Assembly: GCA_965249615.1 (NCBI GenBank)
Contig: CBDFMI010000006.1
Span: 444,132-508,131 of the forward strand
DNA: 64,000 nucleotides
Reading direction: 5' to 3'
Source: a bacterium
Lineage (GTDB): Bacteria > UBA8248 > JACPRG01 > G963555815
Positions 29,045 to 38,230 of this stretch are shown here, piece after piece (position 1 is the first letter of the stretch; each line of letters opens with the position of its first letter). Made by a program: the position numbers and the translations under genes. The notes under the pieces are model-generated. The model saw only the letters and a program-made list of their open reading frames with translations, did no database searches and had not been told where the DNA came from.

Positions 29045-29566
29045 TTACTTAATCTCTCGCTTGGCCAGCACGATGGCCCCGATCATGGCCGCCAGGAGGA
29101 GGAGGGAGGCCACCTCAAAGGGGAAGAGGAACTGGGTGTAGAGAACGCCCCCGAAGGCCTCGGTGTTGCCTATCTCCGCGGCGGCCTTCGCCCCCTCTGC
29201 GACAACCCCCGCCGGGGGCAGCAATTCGAAGAATCCCCCCAACAGGATGACCAGGAACTCGGCGGCCAGGAGCCCACCGATGATGAAAGCGAAGGCCCGC
29301 TGGCGGTTCCACTGACGGACCCCCATCTGTTCGCGCACATTAACGAGCATAATGACGAAGACGTAGAGCATCATGATGGCCCCGGCGTAGATGAGGATCT
29401 GGATGGCAGCGAGAAACTCCGCGCCCAGCATGACGTAAAGGGCAGCCACGAAGAAGAAGCTGAGGAGGAGAGCGAGGGCGCTGTGGACCACGTTTCTCAG
29501 GCTGATGACCATCACGGAGGCGGCGATCATCCCGACCGCGAAGATGAGAAAGAATGGCCATTCCAT
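29045..29566 (-). CDS. nuoJ: NADH-quinone oxidoreductase subunit J
   Basis: 173 aa membrane subunit, positioned between K and H. Confidence 0.85.
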   Translation of the reverse strand: MEWPFFLIFAVGMIAASVMVISLRNVVHSALALLLSFFFVAALYVMLGAEFLAAIQILIYAGAIMMLYVFVIMLVNVREQMGVRQWNRQRAFAFIIGGLLAAEFLVILLGGFFELLPPAGVVAEGAKAAAEIGNTEAFGGVLYTQFLFPFEVASLLLLAAMIGAIVLAKREIK

Positions 29567-29579
29567 CTTGGAATCCCCT

Positions 29580-30662
29580 TTAAACGAGCTGCAGGACGAT
29601 ACCGGTGATAAAAATGTTCAAGAGAGCCAGCGGGAACATCATCTTCCACCCCAGCGCCATGAGCCGGTCATAGCGAAAGCGCGGCAGGGTCCCCCTGATC
29701 CAGATGAACATGAACATCCCGAACAGCACCTTGAGGAAGAACCAGAGAGGTCCTGAGATGAGGACGGCCTTCGTCACCCCCCCGATGTTCTGGACCAGGG
29801 AGGCCAACCCCACAGAGGCGGCGCCGACGGCCGATGCCACCAGGAAGGTGACCAGGTCCACGCCGCCCGAGATGATGGTTTCCAGGAACTGGGGGATTTG
29901 CCAGCCCCCGAAGAAGAGGATCGCCCCGATGGAGCAGATCACCATCATGTTGGCGTACTCAGCCAGGAAGAAGAAGGCGAACTTCATGCCGCTGTACTCG
30001 GTGTGGAAGCCCCCCACCAGCTCTGTCTCGGCCTCGGGGAGGTCGAAGGGGAGGCGGTTGGTCTCGGCGAGCCCGGCGACGAAGTAGAGGACGAAAGCCA
30101 GGGGCTGATAGAAGATGAACCAGACGTTCTTCTGGGCCTCGACGATCTCAAGGAGGTTCAGGGACCCGGCCACCATGAGAGGGCCGATTAGGGCGAACCC
30201 CAAAAAAATCTCGTAGCTGATGAGTTGGGCCGCGCTCCGGAACCCCCCCAGCAGGGAATACTTGCTCCCCGAGGCCCAGCCCGCCATGACGATGCCGAAG
30301 ACACCGAGGGAGGAGATCCCGAGGATGTAGAGGATCCCGATGTTGATGTTGGCGATGAAGAAGTTCCCCGAGATGGGGATGACCGAGTAGACGATGAAGG
30401 CGGGGATGAGGGCGAAGAGCGGGGCCATCAGGAAGACCGGTCGATCCGCCTGGTGCGGGATGATGTCTTCCTTGAGGAAGAGTTTTAGACCGTCGGCGAT
30501 GGGCTGAAGGAGGCCGTGGTAGCCGACCCGCATGGGCCCCATGCGCACCTGAATGTGCCCGATGACCTTCCGCTCGAAGTAGACCATGTAGGCCACCAGG
30601 AACGAGACCGCCCCCCAGATAATCAGGATCTTGATGAGGGCGAAACCAACCTCAAGCCACAT
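29580..30662 (-). CDS. nuoH: NADH-quinone oxidoreductase subunit H
   Basis: [32 protein letters not shown] and [26 protein letters not shown] motifs. Confidence 0.95.
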   Translation of the reverse strand: MWLEVGFALIKILIIWGAVSFLVAYMVYFERKVIGHIQVRMGPMRVGYHGLLQPIADGLKLFLKEDIIPHQADRPVFLMAPLFALIPAFIVYSVIPISGNFFIANINIGILYILGISSLGVFGIVMAGWASGSKYSLLGGFRSAAQLISYEIFLGFALIGPLMVAGSLNLLEIVEAQKNVWFIFYQPLAFVLYFVAGLAETNRLPFDLPEAETELVGGFHTEYSGMKFAFFFLAEYANMMVICSIGAILFFGGWQIPQFLETIISGGVDLVTFLVASAVGAASVGLASLVQNIGGVTKAVLISGPLWFFLKVLFGMFMFIWIRGTLPRFRYDRLMALGWKMMFPLALLNIFITGIVLQLV

Positions 30663-30701
30663 CTGTGTGCACCTTGCCTCCGCTAGGGGGGGTCGCTGAC
30701 C

Positions 30702-31826
30702 TCAGCGATCCACTTCCCCGAGCACAATATCGATGCTTCCGATGGCGGCGACGGCGTCCGAGATGAGGCCGCCCTGCATCATGGTGGAGATCGACTGCAG
30801 ATTCACGAAAGAGGGGGGACGGATCCTCAGCCGGTAAGCCCGGTCGGTCCCGTCACTGACTAGATAGTAGCCCAGCTCCCCCTTGGGACTCTCGATCCGG
30901 TGGTAGACTTCCCCCTTTTTTGGCTTCAACACCCGGGGAACCTTGGCCATGGTCTTTCCGGAGGGGAGGTCGGCGGCGGCCTGCTCGATGATGAAGGCGC
31001 TCTGGCGCATCTCCTCCACACGGACGAGGTAACGGTCATAGACATCGCCATTCTTTCCCACCGGGACGGTGAAGTCAAAATCCTCGTAGGCGGCGTAGGG
31101 CTCTGCACGCCGCACGTCATGGGCCACGCCGGAGGCCCTCAGGATGGGCCCACTGGCCCCGAGGTCAATGGCGTCCTCGGCGGAGAGAACGGCCACTCCG
31201 CGGGTCCTGGACTGCCAGATACGGTTCTCGGTGAGGAGGTCTTCATAATCGTAGATGGCCTTGGGGAACTCGCGGGCGAACTCCAAACACTTGTCGTAAA
31301 AAAGTTTGGGGGGGTCGTGGTAGACGCCTCCGACGCGGAAGGCATGAACCGTGAGCCTCGCCCCAAAGGCGGTCTCGAAAAGATCCAGGACCTTCTCTCG
31401 GTCCCGGAAACAATAGAGGAAGGCCGTCATGGCCCCGATGTCCAGGGCGTGGGTGGCGAGCCAGAGGAGATGACTCGCGATCCGGGTGAGTTCGGCTGTG
31501 ATGACGCGGATGTACTGGGCCCGGGCCGGAACCTCCATCTGAGCAAGCTTTTCCACCGTCTCCACATATCCCAGGTTGTTGGCTGGGGAGGCCACATAAT
31601 CCGTTCGGTCTGTGTAGGGAACGAACTGGGCGTAGGTGATGTTCTCGCCGATCTTCTCGACGCCCCGGTGGAGATAACCGATGTCCACGTCAACCCCTTG
31701 CACAATCTCCCCCTTCAGCCGAAGGATGACGCGAAGGACCCCGTGGGTGCTGGGGTGCTGGGGCCCCATGTTGAGGATGAGCTCTTCCGTCTGGGGGACG
31801 ATGGTCTCTGGGGTGACCTGGGTCAT
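30702..31826 (-). CDS. nuoD: NADH-quinone oxidoreductase subunit D
   Basis: NMGPQHPSTHGVLR, IGYLHRGVEK and a C-terminal IDIVLGEVDR. Confidence 0.95.
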   Translation of the reverse strand: MTQVTPETIVPQTEELILNMGPQHPSTHGVLRVILRLKGEIVQGVDVDIGYLHRGVEKIGENITYAQFVPYTDRTDYVASPANNLGYVETVEKLAQMEVPARAQYIRVITAELTRIASHLLWLATHALDIGAMTAFLYCFRDREKVLDLFETAFGARLTVHAFRVGGVYHDPPKLFYDKCLEFAREFPKAIYDYEDLLTENRIWQSRTRGVAVLSAEDAIDLGASGPILRASGVAHDVRRAEPYAAYEDFDFTVPVGKNGDVYDRYLVRVEEMRQSAFIIEQAAADLPSGKTMAKVPRVLKPKKGEVYHRIESPKGELGYYLVSDGTDRAYRLRIRPPSFVNLQSISTMMQGGLISDAVAAIGSIDIVLGEVDR

Positions 31827-31830
31827 AGTC

Positions 31831-32622
31831 TCACTCTCGATGGGCCATGGGCCGGGCGGCGGGCGGGATATGGCTTTCTACCCATTGGAGCCCGAACCCA
31901 TCCCCGCGAACGGGATACTCCTTTCGGAGGGGATGGCCCTCCCAGTCGTCCGGGAGGAGGATCCGTCTGAGGTCGGGGTGGCCCTCGAAATCAATCCCCA
32001 CCATGTCGTAGGCCTCTCGTTCGAGCCAGTTGGCCGTCCGCCAGATGTCAGACACGGTCGGGGCCGTCTCCGCCTCCCCAAGGCGGACCTTCAGCCGAAG
32101 GCGCCCCCTTCGCTCCAAGCCATAGAGGTGATAGACCACCTCGAAGGGGCGATCCCGGTCCGGGTAGTGGACACCGCAGAGGTCCGACAGGAAATTGAAA
32201 TGGTGTTGGTCTTTGAGGTGAAGACAAAGTGGGTGGATCTGGTCCCGCCGGACGACGACGGTGAGTTCGTCCTCTTTTCCCATGAAGGCGGAGACCTCTT
32301 CCACCCCTTCCCCTGAAAAGGCGCGAATGGCCTTCACCAGGGGGAGTTCCTCGAGATTTTCGCCGGGCTTTTTGTCCGCTTTGACCGGTGGCGGGGCCTT
32401 TTTTTGTTCCGAGGCCGGGGGTTTCTCAGCCGGAGGCGCTTTGGGCTCTTCGGATTCAGCCGTTGGAGGGGAAGCTTCGGGAGCGGCTGACTCTTCCCCC
32501 TCGGGCTTTTTGTCCGCCTTGACCGGCGGTGAGGCCTCTTTTTGTTCCGAGGCCGGGGGTTTCTCAGCCGAGGACGCTTCGGGCTCCTCGGGCTCAGCGG
32601 GGGCGGAGTTCTCTTCGGTCAC
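31831..32622 (-). CDS. nuoC: NADH-quinone oxidoreductase subunit C with about 95-aa Pro/Glu/Lys/Ala-rich repeated N-terminal extension
   Basis: The C-terminal 165 aa match NuoC ([14 protein letters not shown]..., [36 protein letters not shown]). GTG start lies after GGAGAG. Confidence 0.9.
   Translation of the reverse strand: MTEENSAPAEPEEPEASSAEKPPASEQKEASPPVKADKKPEGEESAAPEASPPTAESEEPKAPPAEKPPASEQKKAPPPVKADKKPGENLEELPLVKAIRAFSGEGVEEVSAFMGKEDELTVVVRRDQIHPLCLHLKDQHHFNFLSDLCGVHYPDRDRPFEVVYHLYGLERRGRLRLKVRLGEAETAPTVSDIWRTANWLEREAYDMVGIDFEGHPDLRRILLPDDWEGHPLRKEYPVRGDGFGLQWVESHIPPAARPMAHRE
32364..32590 (-). repeat. In-frame direct repeat (two copies of about 90 nt, 138-nt period) encoding the NuoC N-terminal extension
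   Basis: Copies at 32364-32453 and 32502-32590 align without gaps and with few mismatches. They encode EKPPASEQK(E/K)A(S/P)PPVKADKKP. Confidence 0.85.
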
Positions 32623-32742
32623 CTCGTCTCTCCTCTAGACGACGACCCATCTAACCTGTGCAAAAATTCACAAAAGGCGGCCAAAAAAAAGCTTCCCGTT
32701 GTTCCTTTGGCCTCCCTGACTCACGGTCATCGTTTCCCTGGG

Positions 32743-33219
32743 CTACTTTCGAAGAAACTTTTCCTGCTGGATCTTCTCCTGCAGCTTCAGAATTCCCCAC
32801 ATCAAGGCCTCCGGGCGGGGAGGGCAGCCCGTGAGATAGATGTCGACGGGGACCACTTGGTCCACGCCCTGGAGGGTGGAGTAGGTGTTGAAAGGTCCTC
32901 CTGCCGTCGAGCAGCTCCCCATGGAGACCACCCATCGGGGTTCTGCCATCTGGTCATAGATCTTGCGCAAAACCGGGGCCATCTTGTAGGTGACGGTCCC
33001 GGCCACGATCATCACGTCCGACTGACGCGGGCTCGCCCTGAAGATGACCCCAAAGCGGTCGAGGTCATATCGGGAGGCGCCTGTGGCCATCATCTCAATC
33101 GCGCAGCAGGCCAGGCCGAACTGCATGGGCCAAAGGGCTGATTTTCGGGCCCAATTGACCAGGTAATCGAGGGTTGTCGTGAAGATGTTCTCCTCGAAGC
33201 GGTGTTCCACTACACCCAT
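32743..33219 (-). CDS. nuoB: NADH-quinone oxidoreductase subunit B
   Basis: [18 protein letters not shown] and GCPPRPE, which are the N2 cluster ligands. Confidence 0.95.
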   Translation of the reverse strand: MGVVEHRFEENIFTTTLDYLVNWARKSALWPMQFGLACCAIEMMATGASRYDLDRFGVIFRASPRQSDVMIVAGTVTYKMAPVLRKIYDQMAEPRWVVSMGSCSTAGGPFNTYSTLQGVDQVVPVDIYLTGCPPRPEALMWGILKLQEKIQQEKFLRK

Positions 33220-33602
33220 TTAAGGGCCCCTTTGCGCCAGGCGTAGAAGTAACCGACGAGGAGGATGAGAATGAAGAGCATCATCTCGACGAGGCCAAAT
33301 AGGCCGAGCCGGCCGTAGACCACCGCCCAGGGAAACAGGAAGACCGCCTCCACGTCAAAAAGGAGGAAGAGGATGGCGACGATGTAAAACCGGATGGAAA
33401 ATTGTTCCCCCGCCCGCGTGAGGGGCGGGATCCCGCACTCATAGGGGGAGAGTTTCTCGGTGTCTGGCCGGTTGGGTCGGATGAGATAGGCCAGGAGGAG
33501 GGTCCCGATTCCGAAGGCCGCCACCACCAGGATGAAAATGAAGATTGGGACATAGGGATGGATGACAGTGTAGTCACTGAAAAACCGGTTAACCAGTTCC
33601 AC
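33210..33602 (-). CDS. nuoA: NADH-quinone oxidoreductase subunit A
   Basis: 130 aa, 3 TM, with YECGIPP and [14 protein letters not shown] motifs. Confidence 0.9.
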   Translation of the reverse strand: MELVNRFFSDYTVIHPYVPIFIFILVVAAFGIGTLLLAYLIRPNRPDTEKLSPYECGIPPLTRAGEQFSIRFYIVAILFLLFDVEAVFLFPWAVVYGRLGLFGLVEMMLFILILLVGYFYAWRKGALKWV

Positions 33603-33714
33603 GCCGGGCCCCCTCGAAACCCCACATCCCTACTTAGTAATTATACTTTATTAGTCCCCGGAAGCGAAGACGCAACGGGAAAAAAGGTCTCCTGATCGGT
33701 CCTTGGATTTTTCT

Positions 33715-34032
33715 TCACGGCTTGAAGAAGACCTCGGTCAGACAGGGGTCGATCTCTGGTTTCAATTCCAGATAACGCTCACTTCGCTGGAGCTGGTTGA
33801 AGAGGGCCGTCTTTCCGGCTACGCCCAGTTCTGACCAGTTGACGCAAGCCTTGGCCTCCTTAACGAGGAGGTCCAGGCGCTTCGCCCGCTCTTTCTCATC
33901 TTCCTCATCGCCCGTCTCGGCCAGGGCCCGAAGGCGCTGGATGCACCCGGAGAGGGTGTCTTCCCGGGAAGGTAGAGACTCGAAGATATAGAGATAGCCC
34001 TCTATCCGCTGACGCAGGGCCTGCGCGTCCAT
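33715..34032 (-). CDS. Hypothetical acidic protein (105 aa) upstream of nuoA
   Basis: The internal ATG at 34032 gives MDAQALRQRIEGYLY.... The upstream part of the track ORF is R/P-rich and implausible. No family recognised. Confidence 0.35.
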   Translation of the reverse strand: MDAQALRQRIEGYLYIFESLPSREDTLSGCIQRLRALAETGDEEDEKERAKRLDLLVKEAKACVNWSELGVAGKTALFNQLQRSERYLELKPEIDPCLTEVFFKP

Positions 34033-34267
34033 GGCCCCCCACTTCTTCTTCTCGCTCACCAGGCAACTCCGCCGTCTTAGGGCTTTCCGCGGGCGAGGAC
34101 CGTGGTCCCCACCATCGCGGCGAACCGGATAAGGAAACGACCTCAAAAGGGCGAAAGAAGATCTCTGAAGATAAAGCGCCTTGAGCGATCCTGGTTCCTT
34201 TCCTTGATTTATAGAGCTTCGCAGGCGAAAATGCACCCTCTTTTGCTTTCACGAAAGAGGTTTCGGC

Positions 34268-34867
34268 ATGGCCTGGAAGTTTCCAGCGGAGGAGATGCAT
34301 CTCCTCATCCGTCCCACCCGCCTTCGAACCACCCCTCCTTTTAAAACCCTCCGGCGGATGGGCCTTCGCCGCGGGATGGTCGCCGTGGACCTCGGGTGTG
34401 GACCCGGCTATTTCGCCATTCCCGCTGCCAAGATCGTGGGAGAGAAGGGGCGGGTCTTCGCCTGCGACACCTCGCGGGCGATGTTGCGGGTGGCAAGGGA
34501 GCGGGCCGCTCAGGCCGGCGTCTCGAACCTTGTCCTAAAGCCGTCGACGGAATACGTCTCTTCCTTTGCCAAAGGGGCGGCCGACTTCTGCCTGCTCAGT
34601 TATGTCCTTCACGAGGTCGATGACCCCCCTCGCCTCCTTCGGGAGGCGAGGCGTCTCCTTCGCCCGGGAGGGATCTTCGCCATCATCGACTGGAAGAAGC
34701 GGCCGACCGAAACCGGACCTCCCCTCGAGGACCGGATCTCCACCGCTCGCATGGGGGCGATGCTCCGCAGGCTTGGGTTTAGCGTGGGGGGCCGGTGGAG
34801 CCCCAAGGCAGAAAACTATGTCCTCGTCGGCACCTTGTCGCCGGGGCCCACGAAAGGCTCGAAATAG
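34268..34867 (+). CDS. Class I SAM-dependent methyltransferase
   Basis: VAVDLGCGPGYF (motif I), RVFACDTS and LRPGGIFAIIDW. Confidence 0.8.
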   Translation: MAWKFPAEEMHLLIRPTRLRTTPPFKTLRRMGLRRGMVAVDLGCGPGYFAIPAAKIVGEKGRVFACDTSRAMLRVARERAAQAGVSNLVLKPSTEYVSSFAKGAADFCLLSYVLHEVDDPPRLLREARRLLRPGGIFAIIDWKKRPTETGPPLEDRISTARMGAMLRRLGFSVGGRWSPKAENYVLVGTLSPGPTKGSK

Positions 34868-34953
34868 AAATTCACTGGGCCTGGGGGATTACGAAGAGCC
34901 AGGGGGTTTCCAGGACATTTTCTTTAAATCAGAAAGCGGGAGGGGAGCTCATC

Positions 34954-35610
34954 ATGAATCAGGCCCTCGATGTCACCTGCTATGTCTGCTACGTCTGACC
35001 CTTTGCCTATCGGGCCACGGAGTGGCTCGAACGTCTAAGGGAGAGTCGGCCCCTTCGGGTCGTCTATAAGCCCTTCATCCTGGAGCAGGTGAACTTCCAG
35101 GAGAAGCGGGGTCCGGAATGGAAGATCTGGGAGGACGACTTTTTCCCCAGCCGGGACCTTCCGCCCCTCGAGGCGGCCAGGTGCGCTGCCCTCCAGGGGG
35201 AGGAGGCTTTTGGGCGATTCCATCTCCTCCTCTTTCGAGCGAGACATCAGAAGAATTTTGACATCACGAACCAGCTCATCCTCCTCGACGTGGCCAAGGA
35301 GGCGGGGCTCGATGGAGAGCGCTTCGCCAGTGATCTCAAGAGCCGAAGCCAGTTGGAGGGGGTCGCCCGAGGGCACATGGAGGCCGTCGAGAAGCATGGG
35401 GTCTTCGGCGTCCCGACACTCATCTTCAACGGCGGGAGGCCCCTCTTCGTGAAGCTGGGGGAGGGGAAGTGGGAGGGGAAGGAAGACCAAAAACTCCTGG
35501 AACAACTTCTCAAGCTCTCGGTGGATCAGCCCTATGTCCTAGAGGTGAAACAGCCGAAATCGGCCGTCCTCGCCGAGGAGGCTGAGAAGAAATATCAGGC
35601 CTATCCCTAA
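34954..35610 (+). CDS. DsbA-like thioredoxin-fold oxidoreductase, candidate selenoprotein (in-frame TGA at 34996-34998)
   Basis: ATG 34954 lies after GGGAGGGGA. It reads MNQALDVTCYVCYV-TGA-PFAYRATEWLERL... in one frame with track ORF 35089-35610, which carries the DsbA body and the cis-Pro loop GVFGVPTLIF. Total length is 218 codons, typical for the family. Confidence 0.6.
35010..35030 (+). promoter_or_regulatory. SECIS-like stem-loop 11 nt downstream of the in-frame TGA
   Basis: UCGGGCCA(C)-GGA-(G)UGGCUCGA forms an 8-9 bp stem with one G-U pair. The apical loop contains GG. The spacer 34999-35009 is 11 nt. Confidence 0.5.
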
Positions 35611-35751
35611 GAAGGTTCTGAAGAAGTCTCAGGGGGTCGCCTGAGAATCCACGCCGTCGCTTGCCCGTCTGAGGCAGGCTGGCTATATTGGGTTTCGTTT
35701 AGAGAGGAGATGGAAGTTCTCTTCGTTTTCGCGCGGTAGGGCGGGTCAATT

Positions 35752-35853
35752 ATGGACTTGGATTTTCTCTTCGTCGTCGGCGGGATTATCATCCTGGCGG
35801 GGATGGCCTTTATTGTCCTCCTCGGCATCCTTTGGGTATTTCGCCGGGGATAA
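35752..35853 (+). CDS. Possible 33-aa single-TM small protein
   Basis: MDLDFLFVVGGIIILAGMAFIVLLGILWVFRRG, a hydrophobic helix with an RR anchor. The RBS is weak and the ORF is below the track cutoff. Confidence 0.2.
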   Translation: MDLDFLFVVGGIIILAGMAFIVLLGILWVFRRG

Positions 35854-35896
35854 CCCTCACTTTTCCCATCCCACAGAAAAATCCCGCAGAAAAAAC

Positions 35897-35924
35897 TTGA
35901 CGAGGCAAAATAGGTGTATATACT
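35897..35924 (+). promoter_or_regulatory. Strong sigma70-like promoter (TTGACG-N16-TATACT); copy B of the 40-nt conserved element
   Basis: TTGACG at 35897-35902 and TATACT at 35919-35924, about 60 nt upstream of the SDR gene. Confidence 0.5.
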
Positions 35925-35982
35925 CATTTAGATAACACTGGAGACACACGAGCACCTAAACCGATGAGGAGGGGTCGTTGAA

Positions 35983-36711
35983 ATGAGACTAGAGGGGGAA
36001 AGCGTATTGGTCACCGGCGCCAATCGCGGCATAGGCGCAGCACTCGTTAACGCCTTGCTTGGCAAAGGTGTGCGAAAAGTCTATGCCGCCGCAAGGAATC
36101 CCGACAGCCTGCCGGATTTTGGAGATAGCCGTGTTGTACCTATAGCTATCGATATCACTAACACCGAGCAGGTCAAACAAGCGGCCAAGACTGCGGCCGA
36201 TGTCGAGTTACTCATCAACAACGCAGGCGTCGCCGCCTTCACGAGCCTGCTGGATGGTCCCATCGACCTGATAAAGCGAGACATGGACACCAACTACTAC
36301 GGCACTCTGGATATGGTTCGACGCTTTGTGCCCGTGTTGGAAACCAAGACCGATGCGGCAATTGTAAATGTGGTAACCATTGGCGCCTTTGTGAATTTCC
36401 CGATGTTGGGAGGCTATTGCACGTCTAAGTCGGCACTGTTCTCACTTTCCCAGGGAATCCGAATCGAACTCGCGGCTAAGAGCATTGCGATCCACACCGT
36501 TAATCCCGGGCCAATCGACACTGACATGGCCAAGGATTTTCAGGCAGAGAAAACCAGTCCGGAGGTGACCGCAGAGAACACTCTGACAGCGCTGGAAAGC
36601 GGTGAGGTCGATATTTTCCCTGACGCCGGTAGCCAGGGGATGATTAAGGTATGGAAAAGCGACTATCGTGCCCTCGAGCAAATGGTAGCCGAAATGCATA
36701 ACGCGACTTAG
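35983..36711 (+). CDS. Short-chain dehydrogenase/reductase (SDR) family oxidoreductase
   Basis: VLVTGANRGIGAAL (TGxxxGIG), NNAG and S...YCTSK catalytic motif. Visibly more A/T-rich codon third positions than the surrounding genes. Confidence 0.85.
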   Translation: MRLEGESVLVTGANRGIGAALVNALLGKGVRKVYAAARNPDSLPDFGDSRVVPIAIDITNTEQVKQAAKTAADVELLINNAGVAAFTSLLDGPIDLIKRDMDTNYYGTLDMVRRFVPVLETKTDAAIVNVVTIGAFVNFPMLGGYCTSKSALFSLSQGIRIELAAKSIAIHTVNPGPIDTDMAKDFQAEKTSPEVTAENTLTALESGEVDIFPDAGSQGMIKVWKSDYRALEQMVAEMHNAT

Positions 36712-36804
36712 AAGGGAAAGGAATCGACCAGCAAAAAGGGCACCTATGGGAGACTGTTCGCTGAACGTTCTCCCATCTCCCATTGGCTCTGCTTTTTCAG
36801 AAAG

Positions 36805-36830
36805 AAAGTCCCGAGGAGCCTCGGGACTTT
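36805..36830. terminator. Bidirectional terminator hairpin between convergent SDR and aminotransferase genes
   Basis: Perfect 12-bp inverted repeat AAAGTCCCGAGG/CCTCGGGACTTT, with TTTTT upstream and T-rich flanks. Confidence 0.65.
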
Positions 36831-36855
36831 GAGATGCAGAAGGGCCGGAAGCCTT

Positions 36856-38040
36856 TTAGCTTCCCGCCTTCGCCAGGGCCGCCGTCACCTTCCCCATCCG
36901 CTCGACCCCCTTTTCGAGATCTTCCATGGACTGGGCGTAGCAGAGGCGGATATACCCCTGCCCGTGGGGCCCAAAACCGTCTCCGGGGACTGAGGCCACC
37001 TTCCCCTTCTCCAGGAGGTGTTTGGCAAAAGTCATCGAGTCCATCCCTGTCCCTTCGATGTTGGGGAAGAGATAGAAGGCGCCCCCGGGGGTGGGGCATT
37101 TGATGCCGGGGAGCTCGTTCAGGTTCTTCGCCATGTAGTCTCGCCGAAGCAGGTAGCTTTTCACCATTTCCTGGACGGCGGATTCCGACCCGTCGTAGGC
37201 GGCAACGCAGGCCTTCTGGGCGGCCGCAGTGGGGTGGCAGTTCGCGTAGAGCTGAAGCTTTGGTATGGGGGCGATGATCTCGGCTGGACCTGCGGCAAAT
37301 CCTATCCGCCAGCCGGTCATCGCGTAGGTCTTCGAGACCGTGTTCACCGTGATGGTCCGCTCGGCCATCCCAGGGAAGGTGGCGAGGGAATGATGGACGT
37401 GAGGGTCGTAGACAATCCGCTCGTAGACCTCATCAGAGATGACGAGAAGATCCCGTTTCTTTGCCAGCTGACAGATGGCCTCCATGCCCTCTCGGTCCAG
37501 GATGGCCCCGGTCGGGTTGCTCGGCGAATTTATCAGGAGGACCTTCGTCTTCGGGGTGATGAGGGGCTCAATCAGGTGGGCCCTGGCCCGAAAGCCCTCC
37601 TTCTCCAGGAGGGGATACAAGACGGGGGTGGCCCCCGTCAGCTGGACGATGGATGCGTAAGGGGGCCAGCCGGGGTCAGGAAGAAGGACTTCTTCTCCCG
37701 GGTTGACCGTGCCCTGGATGGTGAGAAAGAGGGCGGCCGTCGCCCCTGTCGTGACGACCACCTGGGTGGCCGGGTCCACCGTCATCCCATTTTCGCGGGC
37801 GAGCTTTCGGGCGATGGCCTCCCGAAGCTCCAAGATACCGGCAGAGGAGGTGTAGTGGGTATATCCATCGTCCAGGGCGTCCTTGGCCGCTTGAATGATA
37901 TTGGCGGGGGTGTCGAAGTCCGGCTCTCCGATCTCCAGCCGGACGACATCCTCCATCTTTGCGACGATCTCGAAGATCTCGCGGATCTCAGAGAGGCGGA
38001 GACCCCGAGCCCGCTCTGAAATAAAAGACTTCATGCCCAT
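36856..38040 (-). CDS. Pyridoxal-phosphate-dependent aminotransferase, class I (aspartate/aromatic type)
   Basis: LEIGEPDFDTP, Y..S.G, NSPSNPTG and the SKTYAMTGWRIG PLP-lysine motif. Confidence 0.9.
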   Translation of the reverse strand: MGMKSFISERARGLRLSEIREIFEIVAKMEDVVRLEIGEPDFDTPANIIQAAKDALDDGYTHYTSSAGILELREAIARKLARENGMTVDPATQVVVTTGATAALFLTIQGTVNPGEEVLLPDPGWPPYASIVQLTGATPVLYPLLEKEGFRARAHLIEPLITPKTKVLLINSPSNPTGAILDREGMEAICQLAKKRDLLVISDEVYERIVYDPHVHHSLATFPGMAERTITVNTVSKTYAMTGWRIGFAAGPAEIIAPIPKLQLYANCHPTAAAQKACVAAYDGSESAVQEMVKSYLLRRDYMAKNLNELPGIKCPTPGGAFYLFPNIEGTGMDSMTFAKHLLEKGKVASVPGDGFGPHGQGYIRLCYAQSMEDLEKGVERMGKVTAALAKAGS

Positions 38041-38230
38041 CTCCCCATCTCCAGAGGGAAAGCGAACGCCTTTTTGGTTGAAACCTCTTGATTCTAATGG
38101 GTTAGGCCCTGGAATGGCAAGACATATCGGAGCCCCCGAGGGTTAGAGCCTGTCAGGGGAAGAAGGAATGATTGACGATGATATGGGTGGGCAGAAGACC
38201 TTTGGCCAGTTCACCGCAGTTCAAACCGGT

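Noticed and set aside
35710-35739. 9-codon mini-ORF (MEVLFVFAR) resembling a leader peptide
   Set aside because: The SD-like GAGGAG abuts the ATG with no spacing. No downstream attenuator structure or regulated gene is evident.
35607-35927. 106-aa minus-strand ORF in the DsbA-like/SDR intergenic region
   Set aside because: It overlaps the promoter-like element, is K/R/S/T-rich and low-complexity, and has no RBS or recognisable domain.
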